NCBI GenBank assembly: GCA_943355005.1
Contig: CALRDV010000003.1
Location: 8,590 to 72,589 of the forward strand
Reading direction: 5' to 3'
Length of the DNA: 64,000 bases
From: Patescibacteria group bacterium
GTDB lineage: Bacteria > Patescibacteriota > Microgenomatia > UBA1400 > MFAQ01
The notes below the pieces were generated by a model. That model was not told where the DNA came from. It did no database searches and saw nothing but the letters and a program-made list of their open reading frames with translations. The position numbers and the translations under genes are program-made. Positions 26,577 through 35,783 of the stretch are shown here, one piece after another. Numbering within the stretch: the first letter of the stretch is position 1; each line of letters begins with the position of its first letter.

Positions 26577-28508
26577 TTATACCGCCAAAATTTGGTCTTC
26601 AATCATTTGCGAGTATATTTTTTCGAAGATGTCTCGAATTATGTCCATGTTTAGCGTTTTGTTTCTGGCGATAAACGCCTGAAGGTCAGGCATTAGAAGG
26701 TCTACTCCTTCTTTATTGAAGTGATGATTACTGGTAGGGGATTCTTTCACAATTCCTCCAAGATAGGCCATTTTGCTTCCGGATAGACCCCAGCGTTTGG
26801 CTAGCTGTCTCATGATGTTTGGCTTTAGAGTCTTGTCTTTGCCTCCAATATATATAGCTACATTTCTATAAAAGTTACCCCAATCTTCAGGGTCTACATT
26901 TGAGATATCCCTGAAAGGGGGTGTCATTCTTTCCAAGTTTTTGGAGTCTTGATTCATAGCTGTGCCATTGTTCAGGATTTCGTCCTCTGTTCCTGCAATT
27001 AGTTCTTCGAAATACTCGGCATCATGACCAATATGTTTCTTGAGTTTTGCAATCAAAATGGGTGTCAGTTTAACTGTTTTTATGATCATCCTTCTTAGCT
27101 TATTTAGTCCCATCTCTTGAAGAATGTTTGGCGCTTTGATGAGAACGTTGTCGATACCTTGATTAATAGTGTTGGACTTTACAGCAGTTTTTGGAGAAGC
27201 ATCCTTGTTTTTTCGAAGATAAAACAGCCAAGGATATTCTTTTTTTAGCTCTTCTACATCGTTTTTGTCTCCGACCACGACGGGTGTTAGTGCCACATTC
27301 ATACAAAAAGGGGAGTTGTCTCGGGTGCTGTCGGAGAAGAAGCGACTGGTTTCCTCTCTTTCCGCTACAGTTTTTACCAACTCTTCGTAGAACCTTGAGA
27401 TCTCTGGGTTGATTATTTGAGAAGTAAAAGCGTACCTCATTAGTTTGATGCCCTTTTTCCAATTCTTGGCTGTTTCTTCGGCTTCTACTCGCCAGTTTTT
27501 TCTGTATAGGACCGCTTCAGGTCGATCAAGTAAATTCTCTGCGACTGCGATTTCCAGGGATCGAAGTCCACCCATGGAGTGCCCCAGAGAGATTGCTAGA
27601 GATTTTTGCCACCACGTACCGTTTTCAAGTGATTGGACTTGTTGGAGGTATTTGATGAAGTTTAGAAGCTTAGCTTCGTTGACAGTTGAAAGATAGAAAT
27701 CTTTTTTGAGTGCGAAAAATAGATTTGGTAGCTCGTCCTTCTGGAATTGCACCCAGTTTTCAGCGTGTCTTAGTAGTGTGTTGGTTTTGATGTTTTCTAC
27801 TTGAAGTCCAATTCTGTCGACGGCCTCTAACCACTGGGAAGCAATCTGATCTTGAGTAAACTGGTTTGCGTTTTCATTGTCCATGCTATTGTTGCTACCC
27901 ATGACATCGAGGTTTATGACGAGTGTTTTGGAGAGATCATCTTTTGTGAGAGTCACTCTGTTACCTTGCTTATCTAGGGCTTCAGCCCCTTCAATTTCAC
28001 CATTTAGAAGTTTCATGGCATAGCGCTCGAAGTTCTTACCTTTACCGCCCCAGCCGTGACCCATGATTACAAAGTACTCGGCGTTAGGGATAATTTCATC
28101 TCTGAAAAATTCTTGTCTTTCTTTTTGGTTTTTTTTCTTAGATATACTTTCCAGATACTGCGGATGGGCATAGATAGTATTTGGAGTATCTTTTATCCCT
28201 GGAACATCCGATTCAGTAAGACCTATTCCGGCAACGACCTTGTAGATTGATCCGTCAGCTTCTTTGGCTGTTCTGATAAATACTTCATTCGCGAGCACAT
28301 CGTTTGGCAAGTATTTTAGTTCGGGAGAAAGTTCTCTATTTTGACCCTTTAATCTTATTTGTTCTACAGTTTCGCGGTGAAGAGTGACTCTCGTTTCAGC
28401 ATCAAGAGGGTTATTTGGGTCTAGCTCATCCATCGGATGTGAATACTCCGGTGCTTTGAGAGTTTCCTTTTTGTATTCTTCTTGGTATATAGACAATCCT
28501 TCCGGCAT
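26577..28508 (-). CDS. large hypothetical protein with an alpha/beta-hydrolase (lipase/esterase-like) nucleophile-elbow motif
   Basis: 643 aa with 'ISLGHSMGGLRS' (GxSxG). No signal peptide is evident. Confidence 0.45.
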   Translation of the reverse strand: MPEGLSIYQEEYKKETLKAPEYSHPMDELDPNNPLDAETRVTLHRETVEQIRLKGQNRELSPELKYLPNDVLANEVFIRTAKEADGSIYKVVAGIGLTESDVPGIKDTPNTIYAHPQYLESISKKKNQKERQEFFRDEIIPNAEYFVIMGHGWGGKGKNFERYAMKLLNGEIEGAEALDKQGNRVTLTKDDLSKTLVINLDVMGSNNSMDNENANQFTQDQIASQWLEAVDRIGLQVENIKTNTLLRHAENWVQFQKDELPNLFFALKKDFYLSTVNEAKLLNFIKYLQQVQSLENGTWWQKSLAISLGHSMGGLRSLEIAVAENLLDRPEAVLYRKNWRVEAEETAKNWKKGIKLMRYAFTSQIINPEISRFYEELVKTVAEREETSRFFSDSTRDNSPFCMNVALTPVVVGDKNDVEELKKEYPWLFYLRKNKDASPKTAVKSNTINQGIDNVLIKAPNILQEMGLNKLRRMIIKTVKLTPILIAKLKKHIGHDAEYFEELIAGTEDEILNNGTAMNQDSKNLERMTPPFRDISNVDPEDWGNFYRNVAIYIGGKDKTLKPNIMRQLAKRWGLSGSKMAYLGGIVKESPTSNHHFNKEGVDLLMPDLQAFIARNKTLNMDIIRDIFEKIYSQMIEDQILAV

Positions 28509-28556
28509 AAGAATATTTTACCCCATAGACCGCAAAAATGCCCCCTAAGAAGGGGG

Positions 28557-28949
28557 CTAGGTATCGGAGAGGTGGACAAGGAAGCAGGGGGTATTTTCAT
28601 CATAATCGGGCCAACCGAAGTAAATATCGTCTCTGTCGATACTGTGGCTATCGAGTTTGATAGCACCTTTATATTTTCGAATCTTAGCCGTGTAGTATCT
28701 GTCTTTGTGAGGGCTAAGAATAGCTTTCGATAGAATCCAAAGTAAGCCATCTGCCTCAAAGATACTACCAGGGGAGGCATAAAAAGTTTTATCTTCAGAC
28801 ATACTGGAAACTGTGGTTGTATCGTCTGGAAAGTAAGGAGCACATTCTTTGCAGAAAATGCCTTTGGTGATGGGGGAGTCACAGTTAAGACAAATCCCTC
28901 TTTTATTCATGAACGAAACACCAATTAGGGGGTTAAATTTTTGATACAT
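28557..28949 (-). CDS. Zn-ribbon protein, paralog family member B
   Basis: 130 aa with 'CLNCDSPITKGIFCKEC' and the core 'YYTAKIRKYKGAIKLDSHSIDRDDIYF'. The overlapping track ORF 28421..28882 in another frame is judged spurious. Confidence 0.5.
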   Translation of the reverse strand: MYQKFNPLIGVSFMNKRGICLNCDSPITKGIFCKECAPYFPDDTTTVSSMSEDKTFYASPGSIFEADGLLWILSKAILSPHKDRYYTAKIRKYKGAIKLDSHSIDRDDIYFGWPDYDENTPCFLVHLSDT

Positions 28950-28951
28950 AT

Positions 28952-29365
28952 TTAACTCTTCATCCGAGTTAGAACCGCCATAAAATAATTTGTTTCAGTT
29001 TCATCCGTAAGCGTGTCTTGAAATACAAGGTCGGAACTGAGAGTGTTGTAGTCTACTTCAATAATGGAGGTAAGACTTTTTCGTATCCGTACACAGTATT
29101 TTTCATTTGTATATGGAGTTACTTGAGCGGTTCTCAAAATCCATATATTACCGATCTCTTCCATAAAGGCATCAGGGGTTGTGTAGCCTTCTTCCAAAAA
29201 GTCCATCTCTAAAATTGTTTTAATTTTGCTTATTGTCTCGTCGTCTGCTGGACTGTCCAGGAAACATGACGAACACAGAATGCCGGAGGTGATGGGGTGG
29301 TCGCAGTTAAGGCACTGCCCTGAACTAAAAACTGGATTGGACATAATTTCTCCTTGGAATTTCAA
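28952..29365 (-). CDS. Zn-ribbon protein, paralog family member A
   Basis: 137 aa with 'CLNCDHPITSGILCSSC' and the core 'YCVRIRKSLTSIIEVDYNTLSSDLVF'. Confidence 0.5.
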   Translation of the reverse strand: MKFQGEIMSNPVFSSGQCLNCDHPITSGILCSSCFLDSPADDETISKIKTILEMDFLEEGYTTPDAFMEEIGNIWILRTAQVTPYTNEKYCVRIRKSLTSIIEVDYNTLSSDLVFQDTLTDETETNYFMAVLTRMKS

Positions 29366-29455
29366 AGTAGTTTCTTCGTATTATAGCTTGCTTTACTAAA
29401 TATTTTTTTGGGTTAGGTAAATGAGGGTAAATAATGTAAAATACTATGTGTGTTT

Positions 29456-29528
29456 GCCGTCGTAGCTCAGCTGGCAGAGCGCGTTCTTGGTAAGAACGAG
29501 GTGTTGGGTTCGACCCCCAACGACGGCT
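29456..29528 (+). tRNA. tRNA-Thr (anticodon GGT), CCA not encoded
   Basis: Acceptor GCCGTCG/CGACGGC, anticodon stem CGTTC/GAACG with loop TTGGTAA, T arm TTGGG-TTCGACC-CCCAA. Confidence 0.8.
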
Positions 29529-29545
29529 CCCTGACTCAGCCTTAT

Positions 29546-29631
29546 GCCGAGGTGGTAGAGTGGTCAAATACTCGGGTCTGTAAAACCCGCGGCGCAAGCC
29601 TACACAGGTTCGAACCCTGTCCTCGGCACCA
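29546..29631 (+). tRNA. tRNA-Tyr (anticodon GTA), class II with long variable arm, CCA encoded
   Basis: Acceptor GCCGAGG/CCTCGGC, anticodon stem CGGGT/ACCCG with loop CTGTAAA, long variable arm, T arm ACAGG-TTCGAAC-CCTGT, 3' ACCA. Confidence 0.8.
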
Positions 29632-29636
29632 TAAAA

Positions 29637-29668
29637 GAATTTCCCCTTTACGGAGAAATTTTTTTATG
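29637..29668 (+). terminator. intrinsic terminator after the tRNA pair
   Basis: Hairpin tttcccc/ggagaaa followed by a T7 run. Confidence 0.5.
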
Positions 29669-29838
29669 GACCTCGTACAGGGTTCTTCTCACCCCCTCAT
29701 GTAACTATCTGCTGATAGTTCATTCGGACCTGGCTCGGTGTCGTCACGCCTCCGCCTCTCTTCATATTTGCTCTTGATCCTCAAAATCTCCTCAAGGGAT
29801 ATTTTTAGGGAGCAACTATTCAGAGCCTCGGCACTAAA

Positions 29839-29876
29839 TAAATATCCTCCCCTCGCGGGAGGATATTTTATTTTGT
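29839..29876 (+). terminator. strong hairpin plus T-tract (terminator-like)
   Basis: Perfect 12-bp stem aaatatcctccc/gggaggatattt with loop ctcgc, followed by 'tattttgt'. Confidence 0.4.
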
Positions 29877-29998
29877 AATTAGACAGGGTTCGAACATGCC
29901 GGAGCAGAACCCGTAACGGTTTTTGCGAGGCGGGGTGAGGCGAAGCTAATGCTGAGACCGAACCTCGAACCCCCAATCAATTCGGTATTAATCTATAT

Positions 29999-30024
29999 AG
30001 ATTCCCGCCTTCGCGGGAATGACA
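29999..30024. repeat. REP-like element, subtype 1 variant
   Basis: agattcccgccttcgcgggaatgaca. Confidence 0.45.
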
Positions 30025-30049
30025 AGAATGGATTTGCTATTATTAATGC

Positions 30050-30334
30050 ATGAACAAGTTACAATCCATGACGATTGGAGGAATATTACTAAGTGGTGTA
30101 TTGCTAGGTGGATGTGGTCCGGTTGCTGAGACGACGGAGGTGGTCGTGGAAAGTCCAACTCAAACTTTTACGGGAACAGTGTCCGGCACAGGTCCAAATT
30201 ACGCTATAACTGTAAACGGTAAAATGACGGAAATTACCAGCCGTAAAGTAGATTTGAGTAAGTATGTCGGAAAGACAGCTACAGTAACAGGGGAGTTTAG
30301 TGGAACAACTTTGTATGTAGACGAAGCGAAGTAA
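30050..30334 (+). CDS. small lipoprotein
   Basis: 94 aa with signal peptide and lipobox 'LLGGC'. Followed by the terminator aaaaaacccgcttatggcgggtttttt at 30354..30381. Confidence 0.6.
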   Translation: MNKLQSMTIGGILLSGVLLGGCGPVAETTEVVVESPTQTFTGTVSGTGPNYAITVNGKMTEITSRKVDLSKYVGKTATVTGEFSGTTLYVDEAK

Positions 30335-30387
30335 TTTCTAAGATTACCTAATAAAAAACCCGCTTATGGCGGGTTTTTTGTGATTGA

Positions 30388-31641
30388 TTAAAAGCCGGGG
30401 GATTTGTACAGGACCTCTTTGGTAGTGGCGTTCATCTGGATGATGAGGACGTCCTTGGTGTCACCGGCGGGATCGTAGGCCAGTTGCCAGATAGAGTTGA
30501 GGCCTGACTTGATGTATTGAGCTTTAACCGTAGCCGTACTGCATAGGCCACTGGTACACAGTGGGTTGGCAATCTTGAAGGCTTCGTCCAGATCCATACC
30601 TAGCGTGCTGCCAACCACCATGTCGTTGAGTGAAGGGATATTGTTGTCTGGGGTAACGTAGATGGCTTTGTCTATTACTTCAGGCTCCTTTCCTCCTGCA
30701 ATTAAGACATAGAAATATTTCTTGGTTGTGAGGTCCTGTCTGAAAAAGTATTTGGTAGATGCCAAAATTGGATTTGAAGCGTTTTCGGTTTTGACTAAAA
30801 TTAATTGAGCATTTGGTAGATGATTTATTGCAACCTTTAGAGCTCTTGAGGCATCAGCTAATGGCATTATAGTAGAGGTAGCCGAGAGAGTAGCAATAGA
30901 AGGTGTAGGTGTTAAAAAGATATTCGGAGTTGGAGTAGCACTGGGGGTGGCACTTTCGGTGGCTTCCATTGAAGGAGTAGGAGTAGTGAATTCAATGACG
31001 GAAGAGGTGGGAGTGGGAGTAACGGTAGTGTTTTGACTGTTTAATGTTTGAGTTATCTCACCAAGCTGTTGTTTTAGCTGACTGGATTGTGAAAGAAGAA
31101 AAACAACTCCGGCAATAGAAATGCCGGCGATCAAGAGAAGAACTATGGTAATGAGAGAACCAAAAGATGAACCACCTTTGGGGACTATCGTAGCAGGAAC
31201 TTCTATGGGCGCTGGAGGTATAGCTGGGGCTTGGTACACGGGCTGAGAAACGGGAGTCGGTGCATCGTAAGTGTCAGGAGCGGGGGTGTTGCTGGATGTA
31301 AAAGCAGAGGAGGAATAATCAGGTGCAGCTTCGGCCGCTGAGGTAGGAGTCGGTTCTGTCATTGGGTCCGGAATAGATTCGATTGCCGGTGTGGCAGATA
31401 TCATGGATGGAATTTCATCCGGAGTTTCTTCAAAAGATGGAGCTTGTTTAATGGGTTCGGGATTGGAAAGAGTATCGTTTGGCGTGGAAACAATTGGCTC
31501 ATCGGAAATCTTGTCAGGAATGGGAGCGTTAATATCCTCGAGGATAGATGTTTCGTTAGGAGTTGTGGTTGTATTAGGTGCTGTAGTGTCTGTGCTTGGT
31601 ACTACAGGTGTAGGAAATTGGCCGAGGTCGTCGTTTGGCAT
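30388..31641 (-). CDS. Pro/Thr-rich membrane-anchored protein
   Basis: 417 aa. The N-terminal approx. 140 aa are P/T/S-rich. It has one TM ('LITIVLLLIAGISIAGVVFLL'), a second T-rich tract and a C-terminal globular domain. Confidence 0.5.
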   Translation of the reverse strand: MPNDDLGQFPTPVVPSTDTTAPNTTTTPNETSILEDINAPIPDKISDEPIVSTPNDTLSNPEPIKQAPSFEETPDEIPSMISATPAIESIPDPMTEPTPTSAAEAAPDYSSSAFTSSNTPAPDTYDAPTPVSQPVYQAPAIPPAPIEVPATIVPKGGSSFGSLITIVLLLIAGISIAGVVFLLSQSSQLKQQLGEITQTLNSQNTTVTPTPTSSVIEFTTPTPSMEATESATPSATPTPNIFLTPTPSIATLSATSTIMPLADASRALKVAINHLPNAQLILVKTENASNPILASTKYFFRQDLTTKKYFYVLIAGGKEPEVIDKAIYVTPDNNIPSLNDMVVGSTLGMDLDEAFKIANPLCTSGLCSTATVKAQYIKSGLNSIWQLAYDPAGDTKDVLIIQMNATTKEVLYKSPGF

Positions 31642-31700
31642 GGTGAATTCAGTATGGCAAAAAAGAATGGTGGTGTCAACTTATCTGTACATTTTGAATC

Positions 31701-32057
31701 TTATTCGTTCCAAAATATTTCATCTTCGGAATTAGAAATTCCTATTTTGGGTTTAGTGGCGCCTTCCCAAATATCTTCAAGAGTGTAATTGCAATGGAGA
31801 CGATCTTTGTAGCTCGATTGCTGTGACATTTGTAAGAGGGTTTCTGCATAGAGTTTATCTTCTAAATCCCAATTTTTGTGATCTGGTGCAAGATTGGCAA
31901 TGTAACCCTTTTTCTTACCCACATTTCCGAACCCTGGGGCGTATAGATCAGCACCGGCGGCTAATATGCCATTTGGAGAGCTTACAACTTCCCAGTGTGT
32001 AACTTCTGGTGGTTTAATTCTCCTGGGCTCTCTTTCTCTGTTTCCAAATAATGGCAT
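31701..32057 (-). CDS. hypothetical protein
   Basis: 118-aa ORF with no recognisable motifs. Confidence 0.35.
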   Translation of the reverse strand: MPLFGNREREPRRIKPPEVTHWEVVSSPNGILAAGADLYAPGFGNVGKKKGYIANLAPDHKNWDLEDKLYAETLLQMSQQSSYKDRLHCNYTLEDIWEGATKPKIGISNSEDEIFWNE

Positions 32058-32111
32058 AATGGCAAAATTATACCATTATGGGTTTTTGATGGCTGTTTTT
32101 AGGAGGCTTCT

Positions 32112-33023
32112 CTAGAATTTTACAGATACAATCTTCTCACCAGTTGGATTTTGGTTAGTTGGTTTGTTGAGTCTGGAAATCGTGATTTGATTTTTGCCTA
32201 AAGGTGTAAAGGTCGCTCCTTGGTCCATGGGGTGGAAGATCTCGATATTTGGTGAGTTGTATACAATCTTAGGAACCAGGTCTCTTTCGCTTACGGCAGA
32301 TATCTGATAACTAATATAACCAGGATACAGCCGTCCATTTACCTCGGTTTGCTTTTGAGTGATAATCAAGTAAGTGTCGTTAAACGGGTCGAATATGATT
32401 TTTGTAAGGGTGTAATCGCCGTTTATAATTTTGTCTAAATTTATTTCGGACATAACTGTTTCGTCGCTATTAGATATGTAGTATTTGTTGGCTTGATTAT
32501 CTGCAAATAGGAAGTTGGAGAGGTCTCCAGAGTGGGTGTAGAGGACGAGATTGCTGTTCTTGGGCTGATACTTATAAACATGATCCGTATTCAAGTCGTA
32601 GGAAACGATTTCCATTTTTTTATACTCGTTTAGTCTATAAATACTAAGAATAGAATCACCTATCCAGCCACGGACGTCACTTTCTCGAAAACCCATGGAA
32701 GAGGAACAGTTTACTTCCGAAAAACCCAAGATAGACTCGGTATCTACGGGAGTGTCGTTTTTGAATATGTTCAATAGACATTTATCTGATGTGGCAACCG
32801 ACGTGAGCAAATAGACGTATTTTTTGTCGTGAGAAGTTGACAATTCCGGTGTATATCCAAAGGTATTATCTTCAATTTGTGGGTCTTTGGTGTCTTCAGT
32901 AGATGTTTGAGATTTTATGGGTTCGGCACAAAATGAACAAAGAAGATTAAACTTAACTAAAAGGAGAAATATCAAGCCTGCTGAAACTAAAAATAAGAGG
33001 ATGTTCCTAATTTTTTTTGCCAT
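32112..33023 (-). CDS. hypothetical membrane-anchored protein
   Basis: 303 aa with an N-terminal TM. Confidence 0.45.
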   Translation of the reverse strand: MAKKIRNILLFLVSAGLIFLLLVKFNLLCSFCAEPIKSQTSTEDTKDPQIEDNTFGYTPELSTSHDKKYVYLLTSVATSDKCLLNIFKNDTPVDTESILGFSEVNCSSSMGFRESDVRGWIGDSILSIYRLNEYKKMEIVSYDLNTDHVYKYQPKNSNLVLYTHSGDLSNFLFADNQANKYYISNSDETVMSEINLDKIINGDYTLTKIIFDPFNDTYLIITQKQTEVNGRLYPGYISYQISAVSERDLVPKIVYNSPNIEIFHPMDQGATFTPLGKNQITISRLNKPTNQNPTGEKIVSVKF

Positions 33024-33048
33024 ATTTTGATTATAGACGGCAGTATTG

Positions 33049-33702
33049 TTAGGTGTGAACTAAATAGTTTCTGGAGGATTTGTCGACGATTAGATTCAGT
33101 CCTGCCTCACGAAGGAGGTCTTGCAGGTAGGGTTTGGTGTGCGCAAAGTGGAATCGGGGTTTGTTTTGAAAAGGGATGTAGAGATGTTTAAGGTTTTTTG
33201 TTTTAAGTTTTAAGTTCAGGCTTTGGGTATTAAAGTGGTGTTTGAGTAGTTTAGGTTGCCAGAGGTTCCAGGCGGTGATTAAACATTTTCCTCCAGGTTT
33301 GAGGTGAATTTTAATTTGTTTGAGTACAAAAAGCTGGTCTTTTCTGGTTTCCAAATGATGAATGACGGCTATACAGAATATGTAATCAAATTGGGTGAGG
33401 TGTTTCCAAACAACTGGTTTAGTAATATCGGTTTCCAGAAAACGTGCTTTTGGGTGGGTTTCCACAGCTCTCTCAAGAAGTACTGTAGAGAAATCGATGC
33501 CGGTGTAATTAATTTCTTTGGGAAGCCCCAAGAGAAGGCGACCATTGCCGCAGCCAACGTCTAGGACGCTGGCGTTTTCTTTTACTTCCATTAGAAATGG
33601 TTTCATATCCGGCCAGATATAGCCACGAGAGGCGGAAAAGTTGACTCCTATATCGTTGTAGGTATCCTTAAGAGAATCGCTTTCAGATTTTTGGGCAGAC
33701 AT
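33049..33702 (-). CDS. class I SAM-dependent methyltransferase
   Basis: 217 aa with 'VLDVGCGNGRLLLGL' (motif I). Confidence 0.7.
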   Translation of the reverse strand: MSAQKSESDSLKDTYNDIGVNFSASRGYIWPDMKPFLMEVKENASVLDVGCGNGRLLLGLPKEINYTGIDFSTVLLERAVETHPKARFLETDITKPVVWKHLTQFDYIFCIAVIHHLETRKDQLFVLKQIKIHLKPGGKCLITAWNLWQPKLLKHHFNTQSLNLKLKTKNLKHLYIPFQNKPRFHFAHTKPYLQDLLREAGLNLIVDKSSRNYLVHT

Positions 33703-33801
33703 GGGTTTATTTTACACCCGTCCTATAGCTTGATGTATTGAATGTTTTGAGGTATTATTCCCCCAAGGAAAGAAGTAACTTGAAAAATAATTGGAGGTAG
33801 T

Positions 33802-34407
33802 ATGGCACTGATCAGATGTGACGATTTGAACGCAATAATTTTGGTAATTAGAAAGTCTGTTCATCAAGTCAGCAGTGTTTTGGGAGTTGAGATTGATCCT
33901 GATTCAGTGGATTATATAGCCTCAGCAGCCAAAGCGATGGAAGGGGAAATTTCATTTGAAGGTAATGATTGTGATGCAGATGATGAGCATAAGCAGGCGA
34001 TTAGATTTGTTTTGTCGGCTGTTGATTTTTGTGGTGTACCAATCGTCGATGAATTGATACTGGAAATGCTAGAAAATAAGGACAGATGTTCGTTTACGGG
34101 TTTCTCTGAACAAGATTTGTCAAAAATCGGACGTGAGCAAATAGTTCACAATTCGGCAATGGTAGTAAGTCCTAAGCAATTGAAGAAGGATTACACCTAC
34201 TTTCGCTTTGTAGATGAGAAGCCAGCTTCGTTACTTGTGGTGGTGGAGGTGAAGAACAGGTCTCTTGTTTTTTATGACCCGTTAGATATATTTAAATTAC
34301 GTCAAGAGCTCTCACTTTCTTCAGTTGGAATAATGCCATACCCAAATGGTACGTGGAATGTTTGGAACTGGCTTGAAGAAGCTTATCTGTCAACTGAAAT
34401 TGAATAA
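33802..34407 (+). CDS. hypothetical protein
   Basis: 201 aa, acidic. Followed by a hairpin/T-tract terminator at 34421..34450. Confidence 0.45.
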   Translation: MALIRCDDLNAIILVIRKSVHQVSSVLGVEIDPDSVDYIASAAKAMEGEISFEGNDCDADDEHKQAIRFVLSAVDFCGVPIVDELILEMLENKDRCSFTGFSEQDLSKIGREQIVHNSAMVVSPKQLKKDYTYFRFVDEKPASLLVVVEVKNRSLVFYDPLDIFKLRQELSLSSVGIMPYPNGTWNVWNWLEEAYLSTEIE

Positions 34408-34446
34408 AACATAAATCAAAAGGACCCCTAGTTGGGGCCCTTTTTT

Positions 34447-34866
34447 TTATTGGTAAGGTGTACTACTTTTTGAGTATGCAACGTAGTTGGTTACGGTTCC
34501 CGATCTTTTTGTAATTGAACCTAACAAGAAGATCATTCCGATTCCTGGTAAGAAACCATGTAAGTATCCTTCGAGAAATGTTGTTTCAAAGCGGTAACTT
34601 TCGATGAGTCCGTTTACTATTCCAACCAGGACATTAAATAGGGCAATTTGCCATCCATAAAGGGTGGATTGACCTATTGTCAATTCCCAGCTAAATAGGA
34701 CGAACTGTCCTATGGTAAGAAGAATTAACGCTCCAGTTTTAACTCCGTCAAAGAAGGGGTAATCAAAGAACCACTTGCCTGCCAGCCCGAAGGCTATAAG
34801 CAAAAAAAATATTGTGGCTACAATGAGATCCATCTTGTTTATTGCTTCAACAATTATTGGGCCCAT
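34447..34866 (-). CDS. hypothetical membrane protein
   Basis: 139 aa with 4 predicted TM segments. Confidence 0.45.
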   Translation of the reverse strand: MGPIIVEAINKMDLIVATIFFLLIAFGLAGKWFFDYPFFDGVKTGALILLTIGQFVLFSWELTIGQSTLYGWQIALFNVLVGIVNGLIESYRFETTFLEGYLHGFLPGIGMIFLLGSITKRSGTVTNYVAYSKSSTPYQ

Positions 34867-35009
34867 TTTGCCCTCCTTATTTTGTTTAGATTTTAGGCTT
34901 ACGCAATTGTTGGTATTTTAACACAAATATGCCTAATTGTCAAGTTATAGGGTGATATTTAGGCACAAAAAGCCCCGCCGAGAGGCGGGGTGGTTAGGTG
35001 AAACAGAGG

Positions 35010-35717
35010 CTATTTGACGAGGGTGCCGACTTTTTCACCCCGAAGGATTCTTTCGATATTCTCAAGGTCGTCGACATCAAACACAATGATTGGAATTTGC
35101 ATCCTTTTGCAGATTGCAAAGGCAGTGTCATCCATTACCATTAGGCCTTTTATAAGTGCTTCCTGGTATCCCAGCTCCTGGAACATGGTGGCATTTGGAT
35201 TCTTTTTTGGATCCGAGTCATACACGCCTTTTACGTTGCTTCCTTTAAGTAAGACGTCACAGTCGAGCTCGGCAGCCATGCGGGCGGCGGTGGTATCTGT
35301 TGTGAAAAATGGGATGCCTGAGCCGCCGGCAAGAATGGTGATGATGCCTCGGTCTAAGTGCTGTATAGCCTTGAGTCGAATGTAGGGTTCACAAGCTTGG
35401 TCGGTATGGAGTGATGACATGACTCTGGATGGCACACCGATAGCTTTCAACTTACCTTGAAGAGCTAAACCATTCATGATGGTTCCCAGCATACCAATGG
35501 TATCTGCTTGGGCTCGATCAAAGTTTGGGTCCGATAAGTTTATTCCTCGAAAAAGATTTCCTCCTCCAACAACTATTGCTAGTTCAATTTCGTAGTTGTT
35601 CTTAAGGTGTTTGAGATAGTTGGCAACCCGCTGAACCCTTAGGAAATCGATTCCTAATTGGCCTGGTGTACCCAAAAGTTCTCCGGTCAACTTCAATAAG
35701 ACGCGTCTGTAAATCAT
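35010..35717 (-). CDS. pyrH: UMP kinase
   Basis: 235 aa with 'LLKLTGELL' and 'AIVVGGGNLFRG', characteristic of PyrH. Confidence 0.85.
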   Translation of the reverse strand: MIYRRVLLKLTGELLGTPGQLGIDFLRVQRVANYLKHLKNNYEIELAIVVGGGNLFRGINLSDPNFDRAQADTIGMLGTIMNGLALQGKLKAIGVPSRVMSSLHTDQACEPYIRLKAIQHLDRGIITILAGGSGIPFFTTDTTAARMAAELDCDVLLKGSNVKGVYDSDPKKNPNATMFQELGYQEALIKGLMVMDDTAFAICKRMQIPIIVFDVDDLENIERILRGEKVGTLVK

Positions 35718-35783
35718 TCATGCCTCCTAAACTTTAAAGTGCTTCTCGTTCACTATAAATTATACATAGGGTAAAATTGCTAA

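Noticed and set aside
29669-29790. Weak resemblance of the minus strand 'GCCAGGTCCGAATGAA...CAGCAG' to the SRP RNA domain IV
   Set aside because: The flanking helix and the GGAA/AGCA loop arrangement cannot be reproduced. It is too weak to call.
29880-29990. Possible extra tRNA or pseudo-tRNA suggested by 'gggttcgaac' and 'cctcgaaccccc' strings
   Set aside because: No consistent cloverleaf could be drawn on either strand: there is no T-stem pairing and no acceptor complement. It is likely chance similarity or a decayed remnant.
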